Positions 48,101 to 61,692 of a DNA stretch of 64,000 nucleotides are shown here, piece by piece. Source of the stretch: the human T2T-CHM13v2.0 reference genome, Homo sapiens. Location: the NCBI RefSeq assembly GCF_009914755.1, contig NC_060926.1. One strand, 5' to 3'. The first letter of the stretch is position 1, and each line of letters begins with the position of its first letter. Made by a program: the position numbers and the translations under genes. The notes below the pieces were generated by a model, which worked only from the letters and a program-made list of their open reading frames with translations, did not search any database and was not told the DNA's origin.

Positions 48101-50027
48101 TACGGTGAAAAAGGAAATATCTTCCAATAAAAGCTACATAGAAGCAATGTCAGAAACTTTTTCATGATGTATCTACTCAGCTAACAGAGTTGAACCTTTC
48201 CTTTGAGAGAGCAGTTTTGAAACACTCTTTTTGTGGAATCTGCAAGTGGATATTTGTCTAGCTTTGAGGATTTCGTTGGAAACGGGATTACATATAAAAA
48301 GCAGACAGCAGCATTCCCAGAATCTTCTTTGTGATGTTTGCATTCAAGTCACAGAGTTGAACATTCCCTTTCATAGAGCAGGTTTGAAACACTCTTTTTG
48401 TAGTATCTGGATGTGGACATTTGGAGCGCTTTCAGGCCTATGGTGAAAAAGGAAATATCTTCCCCTGAAAACTAGACAGAAGCATTCTCAGAATCTTATT
48501 TGTGATGTGCGCCCTCAACTAACAGTGTTGAAGCTTTCTTTTGATAGAGCAGTTGTGAAACACTCTTTTTGTAAAATCTGCAAGAGGATATTTGGATAGT
48601 TTTGAGGATTTCGTTGGAAACGGGATTGTCTTCATATAAACTCTAGACAGAAGCATTCTCAGAAGATTCATTGGGATGTTTCAATTGAAGTCACAGTGTT
48701 GAACAGTCCCTTTCATAGAGCAGGTTTGAAACACTCTTTTTGTAGTATCTGGAAGTGGACATTTGGAACGCTCTCAGGACTGCGGTGAAAAAGGAAATAT
48801 CTTCCAATAAAAGCTACATAGAAGCAATGTCAGAAACTTTTTCATGATGTATCTACTCAGCTAACAGAGTTGAACCTTTCTTTTGAGAGAGCAGTTTTGA
48901 AACACTCTTTTTGTAAAATCTGCAAGAGGATATTTGGATAGCTTTGAGGATTTCGTTGGAAACGGGATTGTCTTCATATAAACTCTAGACAGAAGCATTC
49001 TCAGAAGCGTCATTGGGATGTTTCAATTGAAGTCACAGTGTTGAACAGTCCCTTTCATAGAGCAGGTTTGAAACACTCTTTTTGTAGTATCTGGATGTGG
49101 ACATTTGGAGCGCTTTCAGGCCTATGGTTTAAAAGGAAATATCTTCCCCTGAAAACTAGACAGAAGCATTCTCAGAAACTTATTTGTGATGTGCGCCTTC
49201 AACTAACAGTGTTGAAGCATTCTTTTGATAGAGCAGTTTTGAAACACTCTTTTTGTGGAATCTGCAAGTGGATATTTGTCTAGCTTTGAGGATTTCGTTG
49301 GAAACGGGATTACATATAAAAAGCAGACAGCAGCATTCCCAGAAACTTCTTTGTGATGTTTGCATTCAAGTCACAGAGTTGAACATTCCCTTTCATAGAG
49401 CAGGTTTGAAACACTCTTTTTGTAGTATCTGGATGTGGACATTTGGAGCGCTTTCAGCCCTATGGTGAAAAAGGAAATATCTTCCCCTGAAAACTAGACA
49501 GAAGCATTCTCAGAATCTTATTTGTGATTTGCGCCCTCAACTAACAGTGTTGAAGCTTTCTTTTGATAGAGCAGTTTTGAAACACTCTTTTTGTAAAATC
49601 TGCAAGAGGATATTTGGATAGCTTTGAGGATTTCGTTGGAAACGGGATTGTCTTCATATAAACTCTAGACAGAAGCATTCTCAGAAGCTTCATTGGGATG
49701 TTTCAATTGAAGTCACAGTGTTGAACAGTCCCTTTCATAGAGCAGGTTTGAAACACTCTTTTTGTAGTATCTGGAAGTGGACATTTGGAGCGCTCTCAGG
49801 ACTGCGGTGAAAAAGGAACTATCTTCCAATAAAAGCTAGATAGAAGCAATGTCAGAAACTTTTTCATGATGTATCTACTCAGCTAACAGAGTTGAACCTT
49901 CCTTTGAGAGAGCAGTTTTGAAACACTCTTTTTGTGGAATCTGCAAGTGGATATTTGTCTAGCTTTGAGGATTTCGTTGGAAACGGGATTACATATAAAA
50001 AGCAGACAGCAGCATTCCCAGAATCTT
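39160..50027 (+). repeat. Copy 1 of a ~10.9-kb tandem segmental duplication within the array
   Basis: Rare markers recur at +10868: CACTGTTTT 39227/50095, broken box ACGTGA 41820/52688, ORF pairs 39329/50197, 42121/52989, 43066/53934. After ~44.9 kb the offset becomes +10530 (45512/56042, 46995/57525, 49932/60462). Confidence 0.93.
42841..44191 (+). repeat. Local run of ~338-bp dimers (M3 + M4/M2-type) replacing the tetramer; duplicated at 53709-55059
   Basis: Four consecutive boxes with the M2-type tail at 42841, 43179, 43516, 43854 (spacing 338/337/338). No M1 monomer occurs until after the box at 44192. Confidence 0.88.
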
Positions 50028-53000
50028 CTTTGTGATGTTTGCATTCAAGTCACAGAGTTGAACATTCCCTTTCATAGAGCAGGTTTGAAACACTGTTTTT
50101 GTAGTATCTGGATGTGGACATTTGGAGCGCTTTCAGGCCTATGGTGAAAAAGGAAATATCTTCCCCTGAAAACTAGACAGAAGCATTCTCAAAATCTTAT
50201 TTGTGATGTGCGCCCTCAACTAACAGTGTTGAAGCTTTCTTTTGATAGAGCAGTTTTGAAACACTCTTTTTGTGGAATCTGTAAGTGGATATTTGTCTAG
50301 CTTTGAGGATTTCGTTGGAAACGGGATTACATATAAAAAGCAGACAGCTGCATTCCCAGAATCTTGTTTGTGATGTTTGCATTCAAGTCACAGAGTTGAA
50401 CATTCCCTTTCATAGAGCAGGTTTGAAACACTCTTTTTATAGTATCTGGATGTGCACATTTGGAGCGCTTTCAGGCCTATGGTGAAAAAGGAAATATCTT
50501 CTCCTGAAAACTAGACAGAAGCATTCTCAGAATCTTATTTGTGATGTGCGCCCTCAACTAACAGTGTTGAAGCTTTCTTTTGATAGAGCAGTTTTGAAAC
50601 ACTCTTTTCGTAAAATCTGCAAGAGGATATTTGGATAGCTTTGAGGATTTCGTTGGAAACGGGATTGTCTTCATATAAACTCTAGACAGAAGCATTCTCA
50701 GAAGCTTCATTGGGATGTTTCAATTGAAGTCACAGTGTTGAACAGTCCCTTTCATAGAGCAGGTTTGAAACACTCTTTTTGTAGTATCTGGAAGTGGACA
50801 TTTGGAGAGATCTCAGGAATACGGTGAAAAAGGAAATATCTTCCAATAAAAGCTACATAGAAGCAATGTCAGAAACTTTTTCATGATGTATCTACTCAGC
50901 TAACAGAGTTGAACCTTTCTTTTGAGAGAGCAGTTTTGAAACACTCTTTTTGTGGAATCTGGAAGTGGATATTTGTCTAGCTTTGAGGATTTCGTTGGAA
51001 ACGGGATTACATATAAAAAGCAGACAGCAGCATTCCCAGTAACTTCTTTGTGATGTTTGCATTCAAGTCACAGAGTTGAACATTCCCTTTCATAGAGCAG
51101 GTTTGAAACACTCTTTTTGTAGTATCTGGATGTGGACATTTGGAGCGCTTTCAGGCCTATGGTGAAAAAGGAAATATCTTCCCCTGAAAACTAGACAGAA
51201 GAATTCTCAGAGTCTTATTTGTGATGTGCGCCCTCAACTAACAGTGTTGAAGCTTTCTTTTGATAGAGCAGTTTTTAAACACTCTTTTTGTAAAATCTGC
51301 AAGAGGATATTTGGATAGCTTTGAGGATTTCGTTGGAAACGGGATTGTCTTCATATAAACTCTAGACAGAAGCATTCTCAGAAGCGTCATTGGGATGTTT
51401 CAATTGAAGTCACAGTGTTGAACAGTCCCTTTCAGAGAGCAGGTTTGAAACACTCTTTTTGTAGTATCTGGATGTGGACATTTGGAGCGCTTTCAGGCCT
51501 ATGGTTTAAAAGGAAATATCTTCCCCTGAAAACTAGACAGAAGCATTCTCAGAAACTTATTTGTGATGTGCGCCCTCAACTAACAGTGTTGAAGCATTCT
51601 TTTGATAGAGCAGTTTTGAAACACTCTTTTTGTGGAATCTGCAAGTGGATATTTGTCTAGCTTTGAGGATTTCGTTGGAAACGGGATTACATATAAAAAG
51701 CAGACAGCAGCATTCCCAGTAACTTCTTTGTGATGTTTGCATTCAAGTCAGAGAGTTGAACATTCCCTTTCATAGAGCAGGTTTGAAACACTCTTTTTGA
51801 AGTATCTGGTTGTGGACATTTGGAGCGCTTTCAGGCCTATGGTGAAAAAGGAAATATCTTCCCCTGAAAACTAGACAGAAGCATTCTCAGAAACTTATTT
51901 GTGATGTGCGCCCTCAACTAACAGTGTTGAACCTTTCTTTTGATAGAGAAGTTTTGAAACACTCTTTTTGTAATATCTGCAAGAGGATATTTGGATAGCT
52001 TTGAGGATTTCGTTGGAAACGGGATTGTCTTCATATAAACTCTAGAAAGAAGCATTCTCAGAAGCTTCATTGGGATGTTTCAATTGAAGTCACAGTGTTG
52101 AACAGTCCCTTTCATAGAGCAGGTTTGAAACACTCTTTTTGTAGTATCTGGAGATGGACATTTGGAGCGCTCTCAGGACTACGGTGATAAAGGAAATATC
52201 TTCCAATAAAAGCTACATAGAAGCAATGTCAGAAACTTTTTCATGATGTATCTACTCAGCTAACAGAGTTGAACCTTTCTTTTGAGAGAGCAGTTTTGAA
52301 ACACTCTTTTTGTGGAATCTGCAAGTGGATATTTGTCTAGCTTTGAGGATTTCGTTGGAAACGGGATTACATATAAAAAGCAGACAGCAGCATTCCCAGA
52401 ATCTTCTTTGTGATGTTTGCATTCAAGTCACAGAGTTGAACATTCCCTTTCATAGAGCAGGTTTGAAACACTCTTTTTGTAGTATCTGGATGTGGACATT
52501 TGGAGCGCTTTCAGGCCTATGGTGAAAAAGGAAATATCTTCCCCTGAAAACTAGACAGAAGCATTCTCAGAATCTTATTTGTGATGTGCGCCCTCAACTA
52601 ACAGTGTTGAAGCTTTCTTTTGATAGAGCAGTTTTGAAACACTCTTTTTGTAAAATCTGCAAGAGGATATTTGGATAGCTTTGAGGATTTCGTTGGAAAC
52701 GTGATTGTCTTCATATAAACTCTAGACAGAAGCATTCTCAGAAGCTTCATTGGGATGTTTCAATTGAAGTCACAGTGTTGAAAAGTCCCTTTCATAGAGC
52801 AGGTTTGAAACACTCTTTTTGTAGTATCTGGAAGTGGACATTTGGAGCGCTCTCAGGACTGCGGTGAAAAAGGAAATATCTTCCAATAAAAGCTAGATAG
52901 AAGCAATGTCAGAAACTTTTTCATGATGTATCTACTCAGCTAACAGAGTTGAACCTTCATTTGAGAGAGCAGTTTTGAAACACTCGTTTTGTGGAATCTG

Positions 53001-56000
53001 CAAGTGGATATTTGTCAACCTTTGAGGATTTCGTTGGAAACGGGATTACATATAAAAAGCAGACAGCAGCATTCCCAGAATCTTCTTTGTGATGTTTGCA
53101 TTCAAGTCACAGAGTTGAACATTCCCTTTCATAGAGCAGGTTTGAAACACTCTTTTTGTAGTATCTGGATGTGGACATTTTGAGAGATCTCAGGAATACG
53201 GTGATAAAGGAAATATCTTCCCCTGAAAACTAGACAGAAGCATTCTCAGAAACTTATTTGTGATGTGCGCCCTCAACTAAGAGTGTTGAAGCTTTCTTTT
53301 GATAGAGCAGTTTTGAAACACTCTTTTTGTAATATCTGCAAGAGGATATTTGGATAGCTTTGAGGATTTCGTTGGAAACGGGTTTGTCTTCATATAAACT
53401 CTAGACAGAAGCATTCTCAGAAGCTTCGTTGGGATGTTTCAATTGAAGTCACAGTGTTGAACAGTTCCTTTCATAGAACAGGTTTGAAACACTCTTTTTG
53501 TAGTATCTGGAAGTGGACATTTGGAGCGCTCTCAGGACTATGGTGAAAAAGGAAATATCTTCCAATAAAAGCTACATAGAAGCAATGTCAGAAACTTTTT
53601 CATGATGTATCTACTCAGCTAACAGAGTTGAACCTTTCCTTTGAGAGAGCAGTTTTGAAACACTCTTTTTGTGGAATCTGCAAGTGGATATTTGTCTAGC
53701 TTTGAGGATTTCGTTGGAAACGGGATTACATATAAAAAGCAGACAGCAGCATTCCCAGTAACTTCTTTGTGATGTTTGCATTCAAGTCACAGAGTTGAAT
53801 ATTCCCTTTCATAGAGCAGGTTTGAAACACTCTTTTTGTAGTATCTGGATGTGGACATTTGGAGCGCTTTCAGGCCTATGGTGAAAAAGGAAATATCTTC
53901 CCCTGAAAACTAGACAGAGGCATTCTCAGAAACTTATTTGTGATGTGCGCCCTCAACTAACAGTGTTGAACCTTTCTTTTGATAGAGCAGTTTTGAAACA
54001 CTCTTTTTGTAATATCTGCAAGAGGATATTTGGATAGCTTTGAGGATTTCGTTGGAAACGGGATTACATATAAAAAGCAGACAGCAGCATTCCCAGAAAC
54101 TTCTTTGTGATGTTGCATTCAAGTCACAGAGTTGAACATTCCCTTTCATAGAGCAGGTTTGAAACACTCTTTTTGTAGTATCTGGATGTGGACATTTGCA
54201 GCGCTTTCAGGCCTAAGGTGAAAAAGGAAATATCTTCCCCTGAAAATTAGACAGATGCATTCTCAGAAACTTATTTGTGATGTGCGCCCTCAACTAACAG
54301 TGTTGAAGCATTCTTTTGATAGAGCAGTTTTGAAACACTCTTTTTGTGGAATCTGCAAGTGGATATTTGTCTAGCTTTGAGGATTTCGTTGGAAACGGGA
54401 TTAATTATAAAAAGCAGACAGCAGCATTCCCAGAATCTTGTTTGTGATGTTTGCATTCAAGTCACAGAGTTGAACATTCCCTTTCATAGAGCAGGTTTGA
54501 AACACTCTTTTTATAGTATCTGGATGTGGACATTTGGAGCGCTTTCAGGCCTATGGTGAAAAAGGAAATATCTTCCCCTGAAAACTAGACAGAAGCATTC
54601 TCAGACACTTATTTGTGATGTGCGCCCTCAACTAACAGTGTTGAAGCTTTCTTTTGATAGAGCAGTTTTGAAACACTCTTTTTGTAATATCTGCAAGAGG
54701 ATATTTGGATAGCTTTGAGGATTTCGTTGGAAACGGGATTAATTATAAAAAGCAGACAGCAGCATTCCCAGAATCTTGTTTGTGATGTTTGCATTCAAGT
54801 CACAGAGTTGAACATTCCCTTTCAGAGAGCAGGTTTGAAACACTCTTTTTATAGTATCTGGATGTGGACGTTTGGAGCGCTTTCAGGCCTATGGTGAAAA
54901 AGGAAATATCTTCTCCTGAAAACTAGACAGAAGCATTCTCAGAATCTTATTTGTGATGTGCGCCCTCAACTAACAGTGTTGAAGCTTTCTTTTGATAGAG
55001 CAGTTTTGAAACACTCTTTTCGTAAAATCTGCAAGAGGATATTTTGATAGCTTTGAGGATTTCGTTGGAAACGGGATTGTCTTCATATAAACTCTAGACA
55101 GAAGCATTCTCAGAAGCTTCATTGGGATGTTTCAATTGAAGTCACAGTGTTGAACAGTCCCTTTCATAGAGCAGGTTTGAAACACTCTTTTTGTAGTATC
55201 TGGAAGTGGACATTTGGAGAGATCTCAGGAATACGGTGATAAAGGAAATATCTTCCAATAAAAGCTAGATAGAAGCAATGTCAGAAACTTTTTCATGATG
55301 TATCTACTCAGCTAACAGAGTTGAACCTTTCTTTTGAGAGAGCAGTTTTGAAACACTCTTTTTGTGGAATCTGCAAGTGGATATTTGTCTAGCTTTGAGG
55401 ATTTCGTTGGAAACGGGATTACATATAAAAAGCAGACAGCAGCATTCCCAGAATCTTCTTTGTGATGTTTGCATTCAAGTCACAGAGTTGAACATTCCCT
55501 TTCATAGAGCAGGTTTGAAACACTCTTTTTGTAGTATCTGGATGTGGACATTTGGAGCGCTTTCAGGCCTATGGTGAAAAAGGAAATATCTTCCCCTGAA
55601 AACTAGACAGAAGCATTCTCAGAATCTTATTTGTGATGTGCGCCCTCAACTAACAGTGTTGAAGCTTTCTTTTGATAGAGCAGTTTTGAAACACTCTTTT
55701 TGTAAAATCTGCAAGAGGATATTTGGATAGCTTTGAGGATTTCGTTGGAAACGGGATTGTCTTCATATAAACTCTAGACAGAAGCATTCTCAGAAGCTTC
55801 ATTGGGATGTTTCAATTGAAGTCACAGTGTTGAACAGTCCCTTTCATAGAGCAGGTTTGAAACACTCTTTTTGTAGTATCTGGAAGTGGACATTTGGAAC
55901 GCTCTCAGGACTGCGGTGAAAAAGGAAATATCTTCCAATAAAAGCTAGATAGAAGCAATGTCAGAAACTTTTTCATGATGTATCTACTCAGCTAACAGAG

Positions 56001-59000
56001 TTGAACCTTTCTTTTGAGAGAGCAGTTTTGAAACACTCGTTTTGTGGAATCTGCAAGTGGATATTTGTCTAGCTTTGAGGATTTCGTTGGAAACGGGATT
56101 ACATATAAAAAGCAGACAGCAGCATTCCCAGAAACTTCTTTGTGATGTTTGCATTCAAGTCACAGAGTTGAACATTCCCTTTCATAGAGCAGGTTTGAAA
56201 CACTCTTTTTGTAGTATCTGGATGTGGACATTTGCAGCGCTTTCAGGCCTAAGGTGAAAAAGGAAATATCTTCCCCTGAAAACTAGACAGAAGCATTCTC
56301 AGAAACTTATTTGTGATGTGCGCCCTCAACTAACAGTGTTGAAGCTTTCTTTTGATAGAGCAGTTTTGAAACACTCTTTTTGTAATATCTGCAAGAGGAT
56401 ATTTGGATAGCTTTGAGGATTTCGTTGGAAACGGGATTGTCTTCATATAAACTCTAGACAGAAGCATTCTCAGAAGCTTCATTGGGATGTTTCAATTGAA
56501 GTCACAGTGTTGAACAGTCCCTTTCATAGAGCAGGTTTGAAACACTCTTTTTGTAGTATCTGGAAGTGGACATTTGGAACGCTCTCAGGACTGCGGTGAA
56601 AAAGGAAATATCTTCCAATAAAAGCTAGATAGAAGCAATGTCAGAAACTTTTTCATGATGTATCTACTCAGCTAACAGAGTTGAACCTTTCTTTTGAGAG
56701 AGCAGTTTTGAAACACTCTTTTTATGGAATCTGCAAGTGGATATTTGTCTAGCTTTGAGGATTTCGTTGGAAACGGGATTACATATAAAAAGCAGACAGC
56801 AGCATTCCCAGTAACTTCTTTGTGATGTTTGCATTCAAGTCACAGAGTTGAACATTCCCTTTCATAGAGCAGGTTTGAAACACTTTTTTTGTAGTATCTG
56901 GATGTGGACATTTGGAGCGCTTTCAGGCCTATGGTGAAAAAGGAAATATCTTCCAATAAAAGCTACATAAAAGCAATGTCAGAAACTTTTTCATGATGTA
57001 TCTACTCAGCTAACAGAGTTGAACCTTTCTTTTGAGAGAGCAGTTTTGAAACACTCTTTTTGTGGAATCTGGAAGTGGATATTTGTCTAGCTTTGAGGAT
57101 TTCGTTGGAAACGGGATTACATATAAAAAGCAGACAGCAGCATTCCCAGTAACTTCTTTGTGATGTTTGCATTCAAGTCACAGAGTTGAACATTCCCTTT
57201 CATAGAGCAGGTTTGAAACACTCTTTTTGTAGTATCTGGATGTGGACATTTGGAGCGCTTTCAGGCCTATTGTGAAAAAGGAAATATCTTCCCCTGAAAA
57301 CTAGACAGAAGAATTCTCAGAATCTTATTTGTGATGTGCGCCCTCAACTAACAGTGTTGAAGCTTTCTTTTGATAGAGCAGTTTTGAAACACTCTTTTTG
57401 TAAAATCTGCAAGAGGATATTTGGATAGCTTTGAGGATTTCGTTGGAAACGGGATTGTCTTCATATAAACTCTACACAGAAGCATTCTCAGAAGCGTCAT
57501 TGGGATGTTTCAATTGAAGTCACAGTGTTGAACAGTCCCTTTCATAGAGCAGGTTTGAAACACTCTTTTTGTAGTATCTGGATGTGGACATTTGGAGCGC
57601 TTTCAGGCCTATGGTTTAAAAGGAAATATCTTCCCCGGAAAACTAGACAGAAGCATTCTCAGAAACTTATTTGTGATGTGCGCCTTCAACTAACAGTGTT
57701 GAAGCATTCTTTTGATAGAGCAGTTTTGAAACACTCTTTTTGTGGAATCTGCAAGTGGATATTTGTCTAGCTTTGAGGATTTCGTTGGAAACGGGATTAC
57801 ATATAAAAAGCAGACAGCAGCATTCCCAGAAACTTCTTTGTGATGTTTGCATTCAAGTCACAGAGTTGAATATTCCCTTTCAGAGAGCAGGTTTGAAACA
57901 CTCTTTTTGTAGTATCTGGATGTGGACATTTGGAGCGCTTTCAGGCCTATGGTGAAAAAGGAAATATCTTCCCCTGAAAACTAGACAGAAGCATTCTCAG
58001 AATCTTATTTGTGATGTGCGCCCTCAACTAACAGTGTTGAAGCTTTCTTTTGATAGAGCAGTTTTGAAACACTCTTTTTGTAAAATCTGCAAGAGGATAT
58101 TTGGATAGCTTTGAGGATTTCGTTGGAAACGGGATTGTCTTCATATAAACGCTAGACAGAAGCATTCTCAGAAGCTTCATTGGGATGTTTCAATTGAAGT
58201 CACAGTGTTGAAAAGTCCCTTTCATAGAGCAGGTTTGAAACACTCTTTTTGTAGTATCTGGAAGTGGACATTTAGAGCGCTCTCAGGACTGCGGTGAAAA
58301 AGGAACTATCTTCCAATAAAAGCTAGATAGAAGCAATGTCAGAAACTTTTTCATGATGTATCTACTCAGCTAACAGAGTTGAACCTTCCTTTGAGAGAGC
58401 AGTTTTGAAACACTCTTTTTGTGGAATCTGCAAGTGGATATTTGTCTAGCTTTGAGGATTTCATTGGAAACGGGATTGTCTTCATATAAACTCTAGACAG
58501 AAGCATTCTCAGAAGCTTCATTGGGATGTTTCAATTGAAGTCACAGTGTTGAACAGTTCCTTTCATAGAACAGGTTTGAAACACTCTTTTTGTAGTATCT
58601 GGAAGTGGACATTTGGAGCGCTCCCAGGACTACGGTGAAAAAGGAAATATCTTCCAATAAAAGCTACATAGAAGCAATGTCAGAAACTTTTTCATGATGT
58701 ATCTACTCAGCTAACAGAGTTGAACCTTTCCTTTGAGAGAGCAGTTTTGAAACACTCTTTTTGTGGAATCTGCAAGTGGATATTTGTCTAGCTTTGAGGA
58801 TTTCGTTGGAAACGGGATTACATATAAAAAGCAGACAGCAGCATTCCCAGAATCTTCTTTGTGATGTTTGCATTCAAGTCACAGAGTTGAACATTCCCTT
58901 TCATAGAGCAGGTTTGAAACACTCTTTTTGTAGTATCTGGATGTGGACATTTGGAGCGCTTTCAGGCCTATGGTGAAAAAGGAAATATCTTCCCCTGAAA

Positions 59001-60616
59001 ACTAGACAGAAGCATTCTCAGAATCTTATTTGTGATGTGCGCCCTCAACTAACAGTGTTGAAGCTTTCTTTTGATAGAGCAGTTGTGAAACACTCTTTTT
59101 GTAAAATCTGCAAGAGGATATTTGGATAGCTTTGAGGATTTCGTTGGAAACGGGATTGTCTTCATATAAACTCTAGACAGAAGCATTCTCAGAAGATTCA
59201 TTGGGATGTTTCAATTGAAGTCACAGTGTTGAACAGTCCCTTTCATAGAGCAGGTTTGAAACACTCTTTTTGTAGTATCTGGAAGTGGACATTTGGAACG
59301 CTCTCAGGACTGCGGTGAAAAAGGAAATATCTTCCATTAAAAGCTACATAGAAGCAATGTCAGAAACTTTTTCATGATGTATCTACTCAGCTAACAGAGT
59401 TGAACCTTTCTTTTGAGAGAGCAGTTTTGAAACACTCTTTTTGTAAAATCTGCAAGAGGATATTTGGATAGCTTTGAGGATTTCGTTGGAAACGGGATTG
59501 TCTTCATATAAACTCTAGACAGAAGCATTCTCAGAAGCGTCATTGGGATGTTTCAATTGAAGTCACAGTGTTGAACAGTCCCTTTCATAGAGCAGGTTTG
59601 AAACACTCTTTTTGTAGTATCTGGATGTGGACATTTGGAGCGCTTTCAGGCCTATGGTTTAAAAGGAAATATCTTCCCCTGAAAACTAGACAGAAGCATT
59701 CTCAGAAACTTATTTGTGATGTGCGCCTTCAACTAACAGTGTTGAAGCATTCTTTTGATAGAGCAGTTTTGAAACACTCTTTTTGTGGAATCTGCAAGTG
59801 GATATTTGTCTAGCTTTGAGGATTTCGTTGGAAACGGGATTACATATAAAAAGCAGACAGCAGCATTCCCAGAAACTTCTTTGTGATGTTTGCATTCAAG
59901 TCACAGAGTTGAACATTCCCTTTCATAGAGCAGGTTTGAAACACTCTTTTTGTAGTATCTGGATGTGGACATTTGGAGCGCTTTCAGCCCTATGGTGAAA
60001 AAGGAAATATCTTCCCCTGAAAACTAGACAGAAGCATTCTCAGAATCTTATTTGTGATGTGCGCCCTCAACTAACAGTGTTGAAGCTTTCTTTTGATAGA
60101 GCAGTTTTGAAACACTCTTTTTGTAAAATCTGCAAGAGGATATTTGGATAGCTTTGAGGATTTCGTTGGAAACGGGATTGTCTTCATATAAACTCTAGAC
60201 AGAAGCATTCTCAGAAGCTTCATTGGGATGTTTCAATTGAAGTCACAGTGTTGAACAGTCCCTTTCATAGAGCAGGTTTGAAACACTCTTTTTGTAGTAT
60301 CTGGAAGTGGACATTTGGAGCGCTCTCAGGACTGCGGTGAAAAAGGAACTATCTTCCAATAAAAGCTAGATAGAAGCAATGTCAGAAACTTTTTCATGAT
60401 GTATCTACTCAGCTAACAGAGTTGAACCTTCCTTTGAGAGAGCAGTTTTGAAACACTCTTTTTGTGGAATCTGCAAGTGGATATTTGTCTAGCTTTGAGG
60501 ATTTCGTTGGAAACGGGATTACATATAAAAAGCAGACAGCAGCATTCCCAGAATCTTCTTTGTGATGTTTGCATTCAAGTCACAGAGTTGAACATTCCCT
60601 TTCATAGAGCAGGTTT
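50028..60616 (+). repeat. Copy 2 of the tandem duplication (338 bp shorter)
   Basis: Same ordered series of rare variants as copy 1. The match to copy 1 ends at 60617 (GGTTTCAAAC versus GGTTTGAAAC). Confidence 0.93.
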
Positions 60617-61692
60617 CAAACACTCTTTTTGTAGTATCTGGATGTGGACATTTGGAGCGCTTTCAGGCCTATGGTGAAAAAGGAAATATCTTCCCCTGAA
60701 AACTAGACAGAAGCATTCTCAGAATCTTATTTGTGATGTGCGCCCTCAACTAACAGTGTTGAAGCTTTCTTTTGATAGAGCAGTTTTGAAACACTCTTTT
60801 TGTAAAATCTGCAAGAGGATATTTGGATAGCTTTGAGGATTTCGTTGGAAACGGGATTGTCTTCATATAAACTCTAGACAGAAGCATTCTCAGAAGCTTC
60901 ATTGGGATGTTTCAATTGAAGTCACAGTGTTGAACAGTCCCTTTCATAGAGCAGGTTTGAAACACTCTTTTTGTAGTATCTGGATGTGGACATTTGGAGC
61001 GCTTTCAGGCCTATGTTTAAAAGGAAATATCTTCCCCTGAAAACTAGACAGAAGCATTCTCAGAAACTTATTTGTGATGTGCGCCCTCAACTAACAGTGT
61101 TGAAGCATTCTTTTGATAGAGCAGTTTTGAAACACTCTTTTTGTGGAATCTGCAAGTGGATATTTGTCTAGCTTTGAGGATTTCGTTGGAAACGGGATTA
61201 CATATGAAAAGCAGACAGCAGCATTCCCAGAAACTTCTTTGTGATGTTTGCATTCAACTCACAGAGTTGAACATTCCCTTTCATAGAGCAGGTTTGAAAC
61301 ACTTTTTTTGTAGTATCTGGATGTGGACATTTGGAGCGCTTTCAGGCCTATGGTGAAAAAGGAAATATCTTCCAATAAAAGCTAGATAGAAGCAATGTCA
61401 GAAACTTTTTCATGATGTATCTACTCAGCTAACAGAGTTGAACCTTTCTTTTGAGAGAGCAGTTTTGAAACACTCTTTTTGTAAAATCTGCAAGAGGATA
61501 TTTGGATAGCTTTGAAGATTTCGTTGGAAACGGGATTGTCTTCATATAAACTCTAGACAGAAGCATTCTCAGAAGCGTCATTGGGATGTTTCAATTGAAG
61601 TCACAGTGTTGAACAGTCCCTTTCATAGAGCAGGTTTGAAACACTCTTTTTGTAGTATCTGGATGTGGACATTTGGAGCGCTTTCAGCCCTA

